Shown in pieces: positions 1-10,699 of a stretch of 33,028 bases of DNA (its first letter is position 1; each line of letters begins with the position of its first letter). The stretch spans positions 23,114,567 through 23,147,594 of the forward strand of contig NC_057720.1 of NCBI RefSeq assembly GCF_004010195.1. The letters are read 5' to 3'. The notes below the pieces were generated by a model. That model did not search any database, was not told where the DNA came from, and was given only the letters and a program-made list of their open reading frames with translations. The position numbers and the translations under genes were made by a program. Source of the stretch: Chiloscyllium plagiosum (Eukaryota).

Positions 1-126
1 TTCCAGATCCACCTCAATTTGATTACCCATCCTCTGAAATAGCCTAACAATCCACTAATTCAAAGGCAAGTGAATTGGGTGACAGGTGTGAGTCTTGCTA
101 GCAATGCTGACATCCAATGAAGTAAT
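1..126 (+). mobile_element. 3' part of a tRNA-derived SINE (same family as 5207-5544), degraded and cut by the window start
   Basis: CCTCTGAAATAGCCTAACAATCCACT...GCAATGCTGACATCCAATGAA resembles the reverse complement of the SINE tails at 4667-4760 and 5207-5290. Confidence 0.55.
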
Positions 127-404
127 CAACGAAGGATGCAGGAAGTATGGTGTTAAGAAGTTACCCCAATTTTTATCCCTCAGGAATATTCCTGAGGCTT
201 TTGTGCCACTCAGTTAGTAAGATTACCTGAACCCACAAAGATTGGTTGTCATTGGTCCATTCACAGTTGCAATAAATGCAACATTGAGTTTTCTAGTACT
301 CGGCCGGATTGAATTTAAAGTCTGAGGTAATTACCCCATCCAATGGCTGGAAAGCTGGTCACAATTTCAGTGCAATGGGATTAAATGTCAATCAAGCAGT
401 TAAG

Positions 405-680
405 ATAAAGTGAGAGGAAAGAGATTTCAAAAATACATGAGGGAGAAATATTTTACACAGAGGGTCATTCATATTTGAAATGAATTTCCTGAGGAAGTGT
501 TGGATGTGGGTACAAACGACAGTGTTTAAAAGATATTTTGATAAGTACATGAATAGGACATGTTTGGAGGGATATGGGCCAGGAGCAGGCAGCTGGGACT
601 AGTTTAGTTTGGGATTCCTTTCAGCATGGACTGGTTGGACCGCAAGGTCTGTTTTCATGCTGTATGACTCCATAACTCTA
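405..680 (+). mobile_element. CR1-clade (HER1-like) LINE 3' end
   Basis: TTTACACAGAGGGT...GAGGGATATGGGCCAGGAGCAGGCAGCTGGGACTAG ORF2 end, a 3' UTR and an ATGACTC tail. Homologous to 30813-31399. Confidence 0.85.
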
Positions 681-799
681 AGTAACAACTCTCAGAGCTT
701 CCAAGAGGTTAAAGACAAAAAAACTTTCCTTGTGTCATTAGCTATTCCCCCCAGTCCAAGAGATACTAACAATCAGAGACTGACAGCTCTTCAGTGTCA

Positions 800-1875
800 A
801 CAGTGTGACGAGGAGTAGTGCCTGGTTTTGCTGTTTTCCACAGGCACTTGGTGTTACAAACACAGACAAGGCTGAAGAACATACATGTGTGGGTTAGACT
901 ATCAGTCAGCAGTCCCTGGGAACTGGTACATGGTGGCATTTGATGTGGAGGATAATAAGAGGCCCTTTCAGTGGCTGCAGTCCTTGATATTAAGTTTCCT
1001 TTGGGCACCACAGTGTATTCAATCAGGGAACCCTCTTCCTGAGCTTGCAAGAAAAATGTCAGTGTGCCTTGTTTGGCCTCCATATCATGCAATGAATGGT
1101 CTATTATCAGCTGGGTGATACAATGGCCACAATGTAATCAATGGCACCCTGCAGCATGGTGGAGCCTGGAATCTTCATGAAGCCTTCTACCTGTCTCCCT
1201 TTGCCAAGAGAGAATGGAGTGCACTTAAGTCTCACGGAGCCACAGTCTCAGTGACCTTGCTTACGTGACAGTAGACAGCAAAGTAGAAGATAATGCAAAT
1301 ATTACCTGCTTTGACATGTCAGGAGTTAAATGTTTAAAAGTCCTCAGCCATAGTCATCTTCACAGCTACAGTAATGCTGCCCTTCTTCTGCTTTGAGCCT
1401 GCAATTATGTATTATGTGGCACATTTCAGTGAGGATGTCCATGGTGAAATGGAAACATACTGTTTCTCACTTGGAATAGGATAACTGATTACACACCTCC
1501 CTGTGCAGATATTACTTCCTTCTGTATACACTTCTCCCTCTCCCCTTCTTCCCCCTTCCAGAAGCATGACTTACTCTGTTTGCCTCTGCTTATCCTCATT
1601 GCTATGCTGTAGTACAAATGGGATGCATACCACAAAAATGGGAGCAGGCGATTTGTGGCGCAATAATTCCCTTCAGCAGGTACCTCACCAATACCAGTAG
1701 GTCTAGCTACTTTAAGAAACTCTGGAAATCATCAAGTATCCCTACAATTGCAAGAGTGGCTGGTAGATATCAATCAGTCGCTGATCTTTTGAATGGTATT
1801 GCTCTGAAAATAGGTTTCTGGTAGCAAATGACAACCTTGTCAAACATGCAAACATTAAAATAAAATTGTGCGGCC
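800..1875 (-). pseudogene. Decayed PIF/Harbinger (HARBI1-like) transposase relic
   Basis: Frameshifted minus-strand translation gives FHFTMDILTEMCHII (~1405-1450), LQAQSRRRAAL..VAVKMTMA..KAGNICIIFYFAVYCHVSKVTET (~1245-1403) and GFMKIPGSTMLQGAIDY (~1133-1185), collinear with the Harbinger transposase N-terminus and GAID motif. Possible terminus TAAAATTGTGCGGCC at 1861-1875. The lower boundary is approximate. Confidence 0.65.
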
Positions 1876-3664
1876 AAACACGTGTTCAGCTGTAGAAAAT
1901 TACGAGGAGACATCAGCTGGAACTCTGCGCTCCAACATAGAAGCACTGGCATCAAATCAGCCAATAAATGACATAATCTGGCTATCCTTCACATTCTAGT
2001 TGATGGTCTCTGTGTGTGCACTAATGCATTCATGTCGCTTAAAACCTCTTATGGTTTCATGGATGACATTTTGGATGCAATGTTTCATTCATAGTATTGA
2101 AAACTCAGGCACTAGGAACAACATTACAAGGCCAATATCTTCGATAATGTTTGATACTGTGAACACAATATTTCCATCTAATATTTTACAACATACTGAG
2201 TATTTAAAAAGTACAATTTAATAATCAATTGATTTTCTGAATTCTGCTGTTACTTCGACAGGCAAAAGGGTCTCCTGTTGATACTGACATATTCAATTAT
2301 ATGTGTTAAATATAGAAATGCAACAGAATGTTTTCTATTCAGGTTGTTACTTCCATACATATTGTAGCATCTTTAATGCCAGTTAAATTGTTATTTTAAT
2401 GTGATTTTAGGTGCAAACAAGATCTAATCACTTCTTTGGATGATACACAGACACAATGTGTACCATATTTTTCTTGGGACCTATTCACATAGTAGTTTGC
2501 TTGGCTTAATGAGATCTGCCACAACTTGTCTACACCGACTGGTTCCCTAAATTGACACAGTCACAGTACCTGTGGGTTTTACTAATAATGAAGACTGACA
2601 TAGCTTTAATTAAGAGACATTGGAAAATAACCACTCATTATTTGAAGAATGTTCCAAAATGAATTTTAATATTTCTTATGCAGGGCTGCTTAGTATTAAA
2701 CTTAAGCAGCGATTTCACATTTATACCACTGAGTCATGTGTCATCCTACAGGGGCCACTTTGTTATGCTTCACAAAATTGATCTGTGAAGAACAGTTTTG
2801 CAATGTCAATCGCTGCCAAATATATTTTAGCTAAGAATTTTGATAAGTTTGTAATATTACCTTCAACTCCAAAAACTCGATGTTATCATTTTCCAGGAGA
2901 CTTAAAACTGAGACAATTGAGTAATGGGTAACATTATCATATTTCGTGCATTGATAACCTTACTGTTTATACATAATTAGGAAAGTGTTTTTATGAACTG
3001 TATAAATGAAGACTGAAAGAGTAGTTACTTGACAGCTTACTGTACTTAAGATATGCAGCTCACTTTCAACCCCAATGTTTGATAGAATTATAAAGGTGTT
3101 TTTGGCATTCTGCAAATAGATAGAAAATGAAGACCAAAAAAGAAATCACTCTTTGACTGTAGGAAGGAATGCAAAGTAAAAACAGCTAAAACAATGACAA
3201 TCTGAGACAATTTCCATCATCATCTCTAGGGTATTCACATTCAAAAAGATCATGTACGTATTTCCAATATGCTTAAACAGTGATTGAATATTTTATGACT
3301 GTGACATTACAAAGCTCCTATGTAACCTAGTATGATCACATTTCTCAATTTGAGACACTGGGGTCAATTTGCATTTGCAGATCAGATCAAATTAGATCAA
3401 TATCTCACCAATATAAGCAGTGAGAGGAATATACATTTTAACAGCAAGTGACCTACATATTGGTAGCATTTACAGGGAGCTCACCACTGAGGAAGGTGGA
3501 ATTTCTAGCCAGCATGTATCTACTTTGATTGAGCTTGTATGTCTATGAGAACAGTGAGTATTAAAGCATTTTGAAGTGATTCTTAAAACTTTCCATGATG
3601 ATGCCCCCTATAAAGCAGTTCAGTTTCAGTGGTTCAGTGACACAATTCTTTGCCGAACAGAAGA

Positions 3665-3995
3665 AATCCTGGAGACGGTTCAGTTTCCACAGCTATCAGA
3701 AGAATGCTAGGCGATTTCCGGAAAGATTAGAGAAACTGAGATTGCTCACCTTGAAGCAGAGAAAGTTAAGCAAGGATTTCATTGAGGTTTTCAAAATTAA
3801 GAAGGGTTATCTTCTGGAATACACTGACAGAATGGATAGTGGAAGCTGATTTGATAGTAACTATAGCTACTTGAAAAGCTAACATTTACAGAACAATGCA
3901 GGAAGAGCATTTGCATAGCAATTATTTTTCAGTGTTTGAAAAGCTAGCACAAATATGATGGACTGAATGGCCTCTTTATGTACTGTAAGATTCTA
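3665..3995 (+). mobile_element. Old CR1 LINE 3' fragment
   Basis: Translation ERLEKLRLLTLKQRKLSKDFIEVFKIKKG (CR1 ORF2 C-terminus) and tail GGACTGAATGGCCTCTTTATGTACTGTAAGATTCTA. Confidence 0.7.
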
Positions 3996-4666
3996 CGTGG
4001 AAAAAGTTAGTTTATGCAAGGTCCCTTCAATGCAGATTACATTGATTCCTTAGGCACAAGCTTTGCTGCAGTCAGCTTGGCTAATTTCACATAAAGAAAT
4101 CTCTTTCTGTCATGCAGGTTATGGCCTGCAGTGCTGCTTGTTATCAGGAGAATTAATGTAAGTCTGTGTAGCACCACTAGATTCAGTACTGTATGAGCAG
4201 ATTTCTGCCCTTTTGATTCTAATCACACTCATTTCCTGCTTCACTTAGAAGCAACGCATATAGCATTTATCTGGTGACAAATGGAAAGTACTTTACTCCT
4301 CTGCTTCCATTGAAACCACTTTAAATTTATTACCATCTTCCAATGCAGCTCACAATTTGCTGCTTCTCCTTTTAAGCATGCTTGCTATACAAAACAAGGT
4401 GCAACACTTTTGTAGAGTACACACTAATTCATTTTGCTTCCTTCAAAGAAGTCTGACACGTGAAAAGTAAGAGAGAATCAGAACTGGGAAACAACCAGTG
4501 GATGTCCTGCAATCATATCAAGGTTGTCAAGAGAGGCAAATCTGTCCTCTTGCTAGCTAACAGTACCTTTTATTTGCCATTTCCACAACATATATATGTA
4601 TCAGTAAGAGAAGGGGTTCTTAGAAACTTACACATTCAGTCTGTAAAATGAGTACTGACACTTCTC

Positions 4667-4802
4667 TTATTCATTGACACTATGCAGGCATTGCTGGATA
4701 GACCAGCATTTATTACCCATCCCTAATTACTCAGAGGGCAGATAAGAGTCAACTACATTGCTGGGAATCTGGAGTTACATGTAAGGACAACAATTTTCCT
4801 TC
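4667..4802 (-). mobile_element. tRNA-derived SINE, 3' half (outer element split by CR1)
   Basis: Aligns with 5207-5345 (TTATTCA...CAGAGGGCAG.TAAGAGTCAAC.ACATTG) and resumes at 5988. Confidence 0.7.
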
Positions 4803-4810
4803 TTTACTCC

Positions 4811-5986
4811 AGGACCTTGATCAGATGGGCAAATACTCCGAGAAATGGCAGATGGCATTTAATTTAGATAAATGTGAGGTGTTGCATTCTGGCAAGGAAA
4901 ATCAAGGCAGGCCTAATGGTAAGATCCTGGGGAGTGGTGTTGAACAAACAGACCTTCGGGTGGTGGTTTGTACTTCCTTGAAAGTGGAGCCACTGGTAGA
5001 CAAGGAAGTGAAGAAGACATTTGGTGCCATTGCTGTTATTGGTCAGTATATTGAGTATCGGATTTGGGAGGTCGTATTGTGGCTGTACACGATATTGGTT
5101 AGGCCACTTTTGAAATATTGCAATCAATGTTGGTCTCCCTGTTATCTGAAGGACGTTGTTCAATTTGAAAGGGTTCAGAAAGGCTTTACAAGGATGTTGC
5201 CAGGGTATTTTTTATTCACCTGTGGGATGTAGGCATCACTGACTGGCTTGCTGGGTCATTTCAGAGGGCAGTTAAGAGTCAACCACATTGTTATGAGTCT
5301 AGAGTCACATTTAGACCAATCCACGTGAGGATGGTAGATTTTCTATCCTGACGGACATTATTGAACCAAATGGGTTTTTCCAACAATCAGCAATAGATTC
5401 ATGGTCATCAGTAGACTCTTAATTCCAGATTATTATTGAATTCAAATTCCACCAACTGCCATGGTAGGATTTGAACCTGTGTCCCCAGAACATAGCTGAG
5501 TTTCTGGATTAACAGTCCTGCAATAATATCACTATAGCATTGCCTTGCTAGGTTGGAGGATTTGAGCTATAGGCATTTTTCCCAGGAGCAGCCGAAGCCG
5601 AGGGGTGACCTTATAGAAGTTTATAACATCATGAGAGGCATGGGTAGGGTGAATAGCCAAGGTGTTTTCGCTAGGGTAGGGGTGTCCAAAACTAGAAGGC
5701 ATAGGTTGAAGGTGAGAGTGGAAAGATTTAAAAGGGACGTGAGAGGCAACCTTTTCTTGCAGAGGGTGGTGTGTGTATGGAATGAGCTGCCAGAGGAGAT
5801 GGTGGAGGTTGGTGCAATTGCAACATCTTAAAAGCATCTAGATAGGTAAATGAATGGGATGGGTTTAGACTGATATGGGCCAAATGCTGGCAAATGGGAC
5901 TAGATAAATTTAGAATATCGGGTCGGTGTGGACAAGTTGGAATGAAGGGTCAGTTTCTGCGCTGTACATCTCTGTGACCCAATGAC
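4811..5986 (+). mobile_element. 5'-truncated CR1/HER1-like LINE (RT C-terminal region and 3' UTR), interrupted by a SINE at 5207-5544
   Basis: ORFs 4825-5232 (WQMAFNLDKCEVLH, LYTILVRPLLKYC) and 5553-5831 (RGDLIEVYNIM, FLQRVVCVWNELP), followed by the CR1 3' tail. Confidence 0.9.
5207..5544 (-). mobile_element. tRNA-derived SINE (possibly DeuSINE/SacSINE1-like)
   Basis: Minus-strand tRNA-like head with B-box GGTTCAAATCC and an A-rich 3' end. Imperfect TSD TTGCCAGGGT (5197-5206) / TTGCTAGGTT (5545-5554). The family name is from memory only. Confidence 0.8.
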
Positions 5987-5987
5987 A

Positions 5988-6181
5988 CCCTAAAGGATGT
6001 AAGTGAACCAGATGGAATTTTTTCCCATGATAATTGACAGCAGTTTCATGGTCATCATTGAGCTCTTAATTCCAGATTTTTATTGAATTCAAATCCCACC
6101 ATCTGCCATGGTAGGATTGAAACCTAGGTCCCCGGAACATGGGTTAATATTTAAGTGATAATATCACTAGGCTATCACTCC
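5988..6181 (-). mobile_element. tRNA-derived SINE, 5' half (outer element)
   Basis: Aligns with 5348-5544 (TGAACCA.ATGG...TCATGGTCATCA...CTCTTAATTCCAGATT...GAATTCAAAT.CCACCA.CTGCCATGGTAGGATT). Confidence 0.8.
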
Positions 6182-6350
6182 ATAATGATTAATTAACATT
6201 GTGGGACCTTCCATTATCCTACAGCCGCATGAACCATTCCCCTCTCCCCCACCCCACCCACGCCCCCTTACCTCCACCATCTCAAAACTCCAAAACTTTA
6301 TACCATTATCGTCTAACCATTAACAGCACTCCTAACATTTAACTGCTGAG

Positions 6351-6389
6351 GCAAATCAGGGCAGGACTTATACACTTCATGAGAAGGTC
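6351..6389 (+). mobile_element. CR1 LINE fragment 1 of a fragmented copy (other pieces 7076-7116, 7407-7519, 10339-10387)
   Basis: GCAAATCAGGGCAGGACTTATACACTT matches the CR1 segment at ~4897-4925. The later pieces follow in collinear order. Confidence 0.55.
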
Positions 6390-6622
6390 ACAGCGCCAAG
6401 GACCCAGGTTCAATTCCAGCCTCAGGTGACTATCTGTGTGGAATTTGCACATTATTCCATAGTATCCAGGGATGTGCAGGCTAGCTAGATTAGCCATGGG
6501 AAATGCAGGATTACAGTGATAGGGTGGGGGATTGCATCTGAGCTGGTTACTCTTTGGAGGGTTGGTGTGGACTTGATGGGTGAATGGCCTGCTTCCACAA
6601 TGTTTCTACGATTCTGATTCTG
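6389..6622 (+). mobile_element. HE1-like SINE, 5'-truncated and internally deleted
   Basis: CACAGCGCCAAGGACCCAGGTTCAATTCCAGCC B-box and a LINE-derived tail GGAGGGTTGGTGTGGACTTGATGGG...GATTCTGATTCT. Confidence 0.75.
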
Positions 6623-6731
6623 TAAGAGGCAAGGTTCTATTAAAGCCAATATTAGAGAACTTTACAAGCACTCTCATCGCTGAATGCTCCAGCACTCATA
6701 ATTGGTTATTCATTGCGAGATTACAATTTTA

Positions 6732-7075
6732 GGGAGGCACGGTGGCTCAGTCATTAGTATTGCTGCCTCACAGTGCAGGGGCCCCAGGTTCGATTCCAGC
6801 CTCGGGCAACTGTCTGTATGGAGTTTGCACATTGTCCCAATGTGTGGGTTTCCTTTGGGTGCTCTAGTTTTCTTCCACATTCCAAAATAAGATGTGCATG
6901 TCAGGTGAATTGGCTATGCTAAATTGCTCATAGTGTTCAGGGTAGTGTAGGTTAGGTGCATTAGTCAGGGGTAAATGTAAAGTAATGGGGTAGGGAAATG
7001 GGTCTGGGTGGGTTACTCTTCAGAGGGTATGGTGTTGACTTGTTGAGCCGAAGCACCTGGAGGGATTCTATGACT
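6732..7075 (+). mobile_element. HE1-like V-SINE
   Basis: A-box GGTGGCTCAGT, B-box GGTTCGATTCC, V-domain-like TGTGGGTTTCC...CCACA, and a CR1-like tail ending GATTCTATGACT. Confidence 0.85.
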
Positions 7076-7116
7076 GAGACCTAGGAGTGCAGGTTCATAG
7101 TTCCTTGAGAGTGGAG

Positions 7117-7406
7117 ATCGCCCCCAGGTTGTCCTAGCTGTCCATCTTCCTTCCAACCTATTCACATCACCCTCCACTCCAACCTATCGCTATCATCGCT
7201 ACCTTCATTCACCTATCGCATTCCTAGCTACCTTCCCCCAGCTCCACGCCCCTCCCATTTATCTCTCAATCACCCTTGCCTCCACCCACATTCCTGACGA
7301 ACAGCCTATGCTCGAAACGTACACTCTCCTGTTCTTCGGATGCTGCCTGACCAGCTGTGCTTTTCTAGCACCACAGATGTTGGCTCTGATCTCCAACATC
7401 TGCAGC
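7117..7406 (+). mobile_element. Penelope-like element 3' terminal (pLTR) fragment, diverged
   Basis: Homologous to 10050-10330 (CCTGA.GA...GAAACGT...GGATGCTGCCTGACC.GCTG.GCTTTTC.AGCA...CTCTGATCTCCA.CATCTGCAG). Confidence 0.8.
7290..7325 (+). ncRNA. Degenerate minimal hammerhead ribozyme motif
   Basis: CTGACGA-A-CAGC-CTAT-GCTC-GAAA-CG-TA; the pair closing stem II is a mismatch. Confidence 0.55.
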
Positions 7407-7519
7407 TTTGTATGCTTGCTTTCATTGGTCAGTGAATCATATATAAAAGTTCGGACGTCATATTGTGGCCGTACAGGACATTGGTGAGGCCACTTTTGGA
7501 ATATTGCATGCAATTCTGG
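7407..7519 (+). mobile_element. CR1 LINE fragment
   Basis: Translates ..WPYRTLVRPLLEYCMQFW and is homologous to 5020-5132. Confidence 0.8.
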
Positions 7520-7884
7520 ATAACACTCTTACAGACCTGCAGAAGACCTCAACTGTTCTTCATCCACAGAAGAATCCATACTCTAAACAAACAGTTCTTC
7601 CTAACCATATCGGAAATTAAAGACAGTAAGTACCAAAAACTTCCATGTACTTACCCCCACAGTCCGGATTCCTCAACCATTCCAGTATCTTCCATCGGCC
7701 TCAGGAACTGCTTGGGCGCCATTAATCACGCGGCCGCTGCAGCAACCGCCGCCATGAACCATGACGTCACATCCGCCCCCACCGACCATGCAACCTCCGC
7801 GTTCGCCGCCCAGATAACCGCCACCACGATCACCAGGAAGACCATCTCCGACAGATTCGCGGCCTCTGCGGGGTCCACAGTCAC

Positions 7885-8165
7885 CGGGAACAACACCGTT
7901 TCTGCCGTCGCCGCAGCCACTTCTGCCCCCGGAGATGCCGTCGCTGCATCTACTTCTGCCCCCAGTGACGTCACTCATCTGCACAACGACCACGCCGCAT
8001 GCGTGTCCGCCTCCACACCGATCTCCGCTCCGTGCCGGTCTCCGCCTCCACGCCGATCTCTGCCCCACGCCGATCTCCGCCCCCACGCCCAACTCTGCCC
8101 CCACGCCTAACTCCGCCCCCACGTCTAACCCCGCCCCGACTCCCAGCTCCAGCCCCACACCAGGT
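7885..8165 (+). repeat. Coding minisatellites within the Penelope ORF (33-bp and ~18-bp units)
   Basis: GCCGTCGC.GCA.C.ACTTCTGCCCCC occurs twice; CCCCACGCC.A.CTC.GC occurs ~5 times (PTPNSA-type repeats). Confidence 0.75.
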
Positions 8166-9090
8166 CCTAGCTCCCAGCCCTGCCGTATTTTCACCATCCC
8201 TCCAGACCTCCCCCTCTCTGAGGATGAAAGATCAGTCCTCAGCAGAGGCTTCACCTTCATCCCCCAACGTTCCCGGATTAACGAGTCCAACACGCGGCGA
8301 GGCATCGAACAATTCTTCCGCCGCCTTTGCCTCCGCGCCTACTTCTTCAACCAGGATTCTCGCCCACNNNNNNCACCTCCAACACACCCCATCCACCTGG
8401 ACACCCCGTGCTGGCCTCTTACCTGCCCTCGATCTCTTCATAGCCAACTGCCGCCGCGACATTAACCGCCTCAACCTGTCCACCCCTCTCACCCACTCCA
8501 ACCTCTCACCCTCGCAATGTGCAGCCCTCCACTCCCTCCGCTCCAACCCCAACTTCACTATCAAACCGGCAGACCAGGGAGGCGCGTGGTAGTTTGGCGC
8601 ACCGATCTTTACACCGCTGAGGCTAAACGCCAGCTCATGGACACCTCCTCCTACTGCCCCTTTAACCATGACCCCACCTCCCACCACCAAGCCATCAACT
8701 CCCAGACCATCCATAACCTCATCATCTCAGGGGATCTCCCATCCACCGCCTCCAACCTCATTGTCCCACAACCCCGCACCGCCCGTTTCTACCTCCTGCC
8801 CAAAATCCACAAACCTGACTGCCCCGGCCGACCCATTGTCTAAGCCTGCCCCTGCCCCACTGAACCCATCTCTGCATACCTCAACACGGTCCTGTCCCCC
8901 TTAGTCCAAGAACTCCCCATCTATGTTCGAGACACCACCCACGCCCTCCACCTCCTCCATGATTTTTGCTCCCCCGGCCCCCAACGCCTTATCTTCACCA
9001 TGGACATCCAGTCCCTGTACACCTCCATCCCCCATCACGAAGGACTCAAAGCACTCCGCTTCTTCCTTTCCCGCCGTACCAACCAGTACC

Positions 9091-9523
9091 NNNNNNNNNN
9101 NNNNNNNNNNNNNNNNNNNNNNNNNNNNNNNNNNNNNNNNNNNNNNNNNNNNNNNNNNNNNNNNNNNNNNNNNNNNNNNNNNNNNNNNNNNNNNNNNNNN
9201 NNNNNNNNNNNNNNNNNNNNNNNNNNNNNNNNNNNNNNNNNNNNNNNNNNNNNNNNNNNNNNNNNNNNNNNNNNNNNNNNNNNNNNNNNNNNNNNNNNNN
9301 NNNNNNNNNNNNNNNNNNNNNNNNNNNNNNNNNNNNNNNNNNNNNNNNNNNNNNNNNNNNNNNNNNNNNNNNNNNNNNNNNNNNNNNNNNNNNNNNNNNN
9401 NNNNNNNNNNNNNNNNNNNNNNNNNNNNNNNNNNNNNNNNNNNNNNNNNNNNNNNNNNNNNNNNNNNNNNNNNNNNNNNNNNNNNNNNNNNNNNNNNNNN
9501 NNNNNNNNNNNNNNNNNNNNNNN
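9091..9523. other. Assembly gap (433 N); a second 6-N gap lies at 8368-8373
   Basis: Runs of n in the sequence. Confidence 1.
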
Positions 9524-10208
9524 CATTCCCTCCGTGACTCCCTCGTCAGGTCCACACCCCCCACCAACCCAACCTCCACTCACGGCACCTTCCCCTGCAA
9601 CCTCAAGAAATGCAAAACTTGTGCCCAAACCTCCCCCCTCACTTCTCTCCAAGGCCCCAAGGGATCCTTCTATATCCGCCACAAATTCACCTGCACCTCC
9701 GCACGCATCATTTACTGCATCTGCTGCACCCAATGTGGCCTCCTCTACATTGGGGAGACAGGCCGCCTACTTGCGGAATGTTTCAGAGAACACCTCTGGG
9801 ACATCCGCACCAACCAACCCAACCGCCCCATGGCTGAACACTTTAACTCCCCCTCCCAATCCGCCAAGGACATGCAGGTCCTTGGCCTCCTCCATCGCCA
9901 GACCATGGCAACACGACGCCTGGAGGAAGAGGGCCCCATCTTCCGCCTAGGAACCCTCCAACCACAAGGGATGAATGCAGATTTCTCCAACTTCCTCATT
10001 TCCCCTCCCCCAACATTTTCTCAGTCCCAACCCTCGGACTCAGCACCGCCTTCTTGACCTGCAATCTGCTTCCCGACCTCTCTGCCCCCACCTCCTCTCC
10101 GGCCTATCACCCTCACCTGAACCTCCTTCCACCTATTGCATTCCCAACGCCCCTCCCCCAAGTCCCTCCTCCCTACCTTTTATCTTAGCCTGCTTGGCAC
10201 ACCTTCCT

Positions 10209-10246
10209 CATTCCTGAAGAAGGGCTTATGCCCAAAACGTCGATTC
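10209..10246 (+). ncRNA. Minimal hammerhead ribozyme motif of the Penelope pLTR (core G12 mutated to A)
   Basis: CTGAAGA-A-GGGC-TTAT-GCCC-AAAA-CG-TC; the sibling copy at 22601-22611 has GAAA. Confidence 0.7.
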
Positions 10247-10338
10247 TCCTGCTCCTTGGATGCTGCCTGACCTGCTGCGCTTTTCCAGCAACACATTTTT
10301 CAGCTCTGATCTCCAGCATCTGCAGTCCTCACTTTCTC

Positions 10339-10387
10339 CGAAGGGCTTGTTTCCATGTTGTACATCTCTATGATACTATGACTCTAA
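10339..10387 (+). mobile_element. CR1 LINE 3' tail
   Basis: GAAGGGCTTGTTTCCATGTTGTACATCTCTATGATACTATGACTCTA, as at 31358-31399. Confidence 0.75.
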
Positions 10388-10699
10388 AAGTGAACATAAT
10401 ATATAAGAATATGGTTCATTAAGTTTGAAAATGATGTGGTTCAATCTGAAAATACATTCTTAAATGTAAAAAAAAGAAACAATGTAGTGTGGAAGCATAT
10501 TGGCTTTGGTGGTCTTGGAAAATACACTGGAAGATATGATGTAGACAGACAATGGATTGAATTTAAATAATTAATACACAGTCTATAACAAGCATATGTA
10601 CCTTAAACACACATAAAGTTAACAGAAAAAGATTGAATTATAGCTATCAACAAAAGTTAAATAATAGATTAAAGAAGTAGGTTTATAAAGTTGTTAAGA

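Larger units (their letters stand above)
7520..10339 (+). mobile_element. Penelope-like retroelement (RT + GIY-YIG endonuclease), 5'-truncated and disrupted
   Basis: Motifs LSRGFTFIP, NFTIKPADQGGA|VVVW (frameshift ~8586), FYLLPKIHK..PGRPIV* (TAA 8841-8843), FTMDIQSLYTSIPH, CxxxxCxxC and IIYCICCTQCGLLYIGETGR (GIY-YIG), GTLQPQGMN, then a 3' pLTR ending CAGTCCTCACTTTCTCC. Assembly gaps lie inside. Confidence 0.93.

Noticed and set aside
178..197. Perfect 20-bp palindrome CCTCAGGAATATTCCTGAGG
   Set aside because: It is real but isolated, with no second copy or context to assign a function.
1900..3600. Host exon or regulatory element in AT-rich unique DNA (also 31400-32330)
   Set aside because: No credible ORF with splice signals and no recognisable motif; conservation cannot be judged from sequence alone.
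6732..6800. tRNA gene (also 23521-23590 and 5460-5544)
   Set aside because: The A/B boxes continue into SINE bodies and LINE-like tails, and no complete cloverleaf is present.
7463..8110. 215-aa ORF as a novel gene
   Set aside because: It is a chance in-frame junction of a CR1 fragment (to 7519) with the truncated Penelope ORF.
7673..8714. Long minus-strand Gly/Val-rich ORFs
   Set aside because: They are antisense shadows of the C-rich Penelope coding strand and its repeats.
8923..10057. ORFs of 200-360 aa crossing the N run
   Set aside because: Their length is an artefact of the assembly gap.
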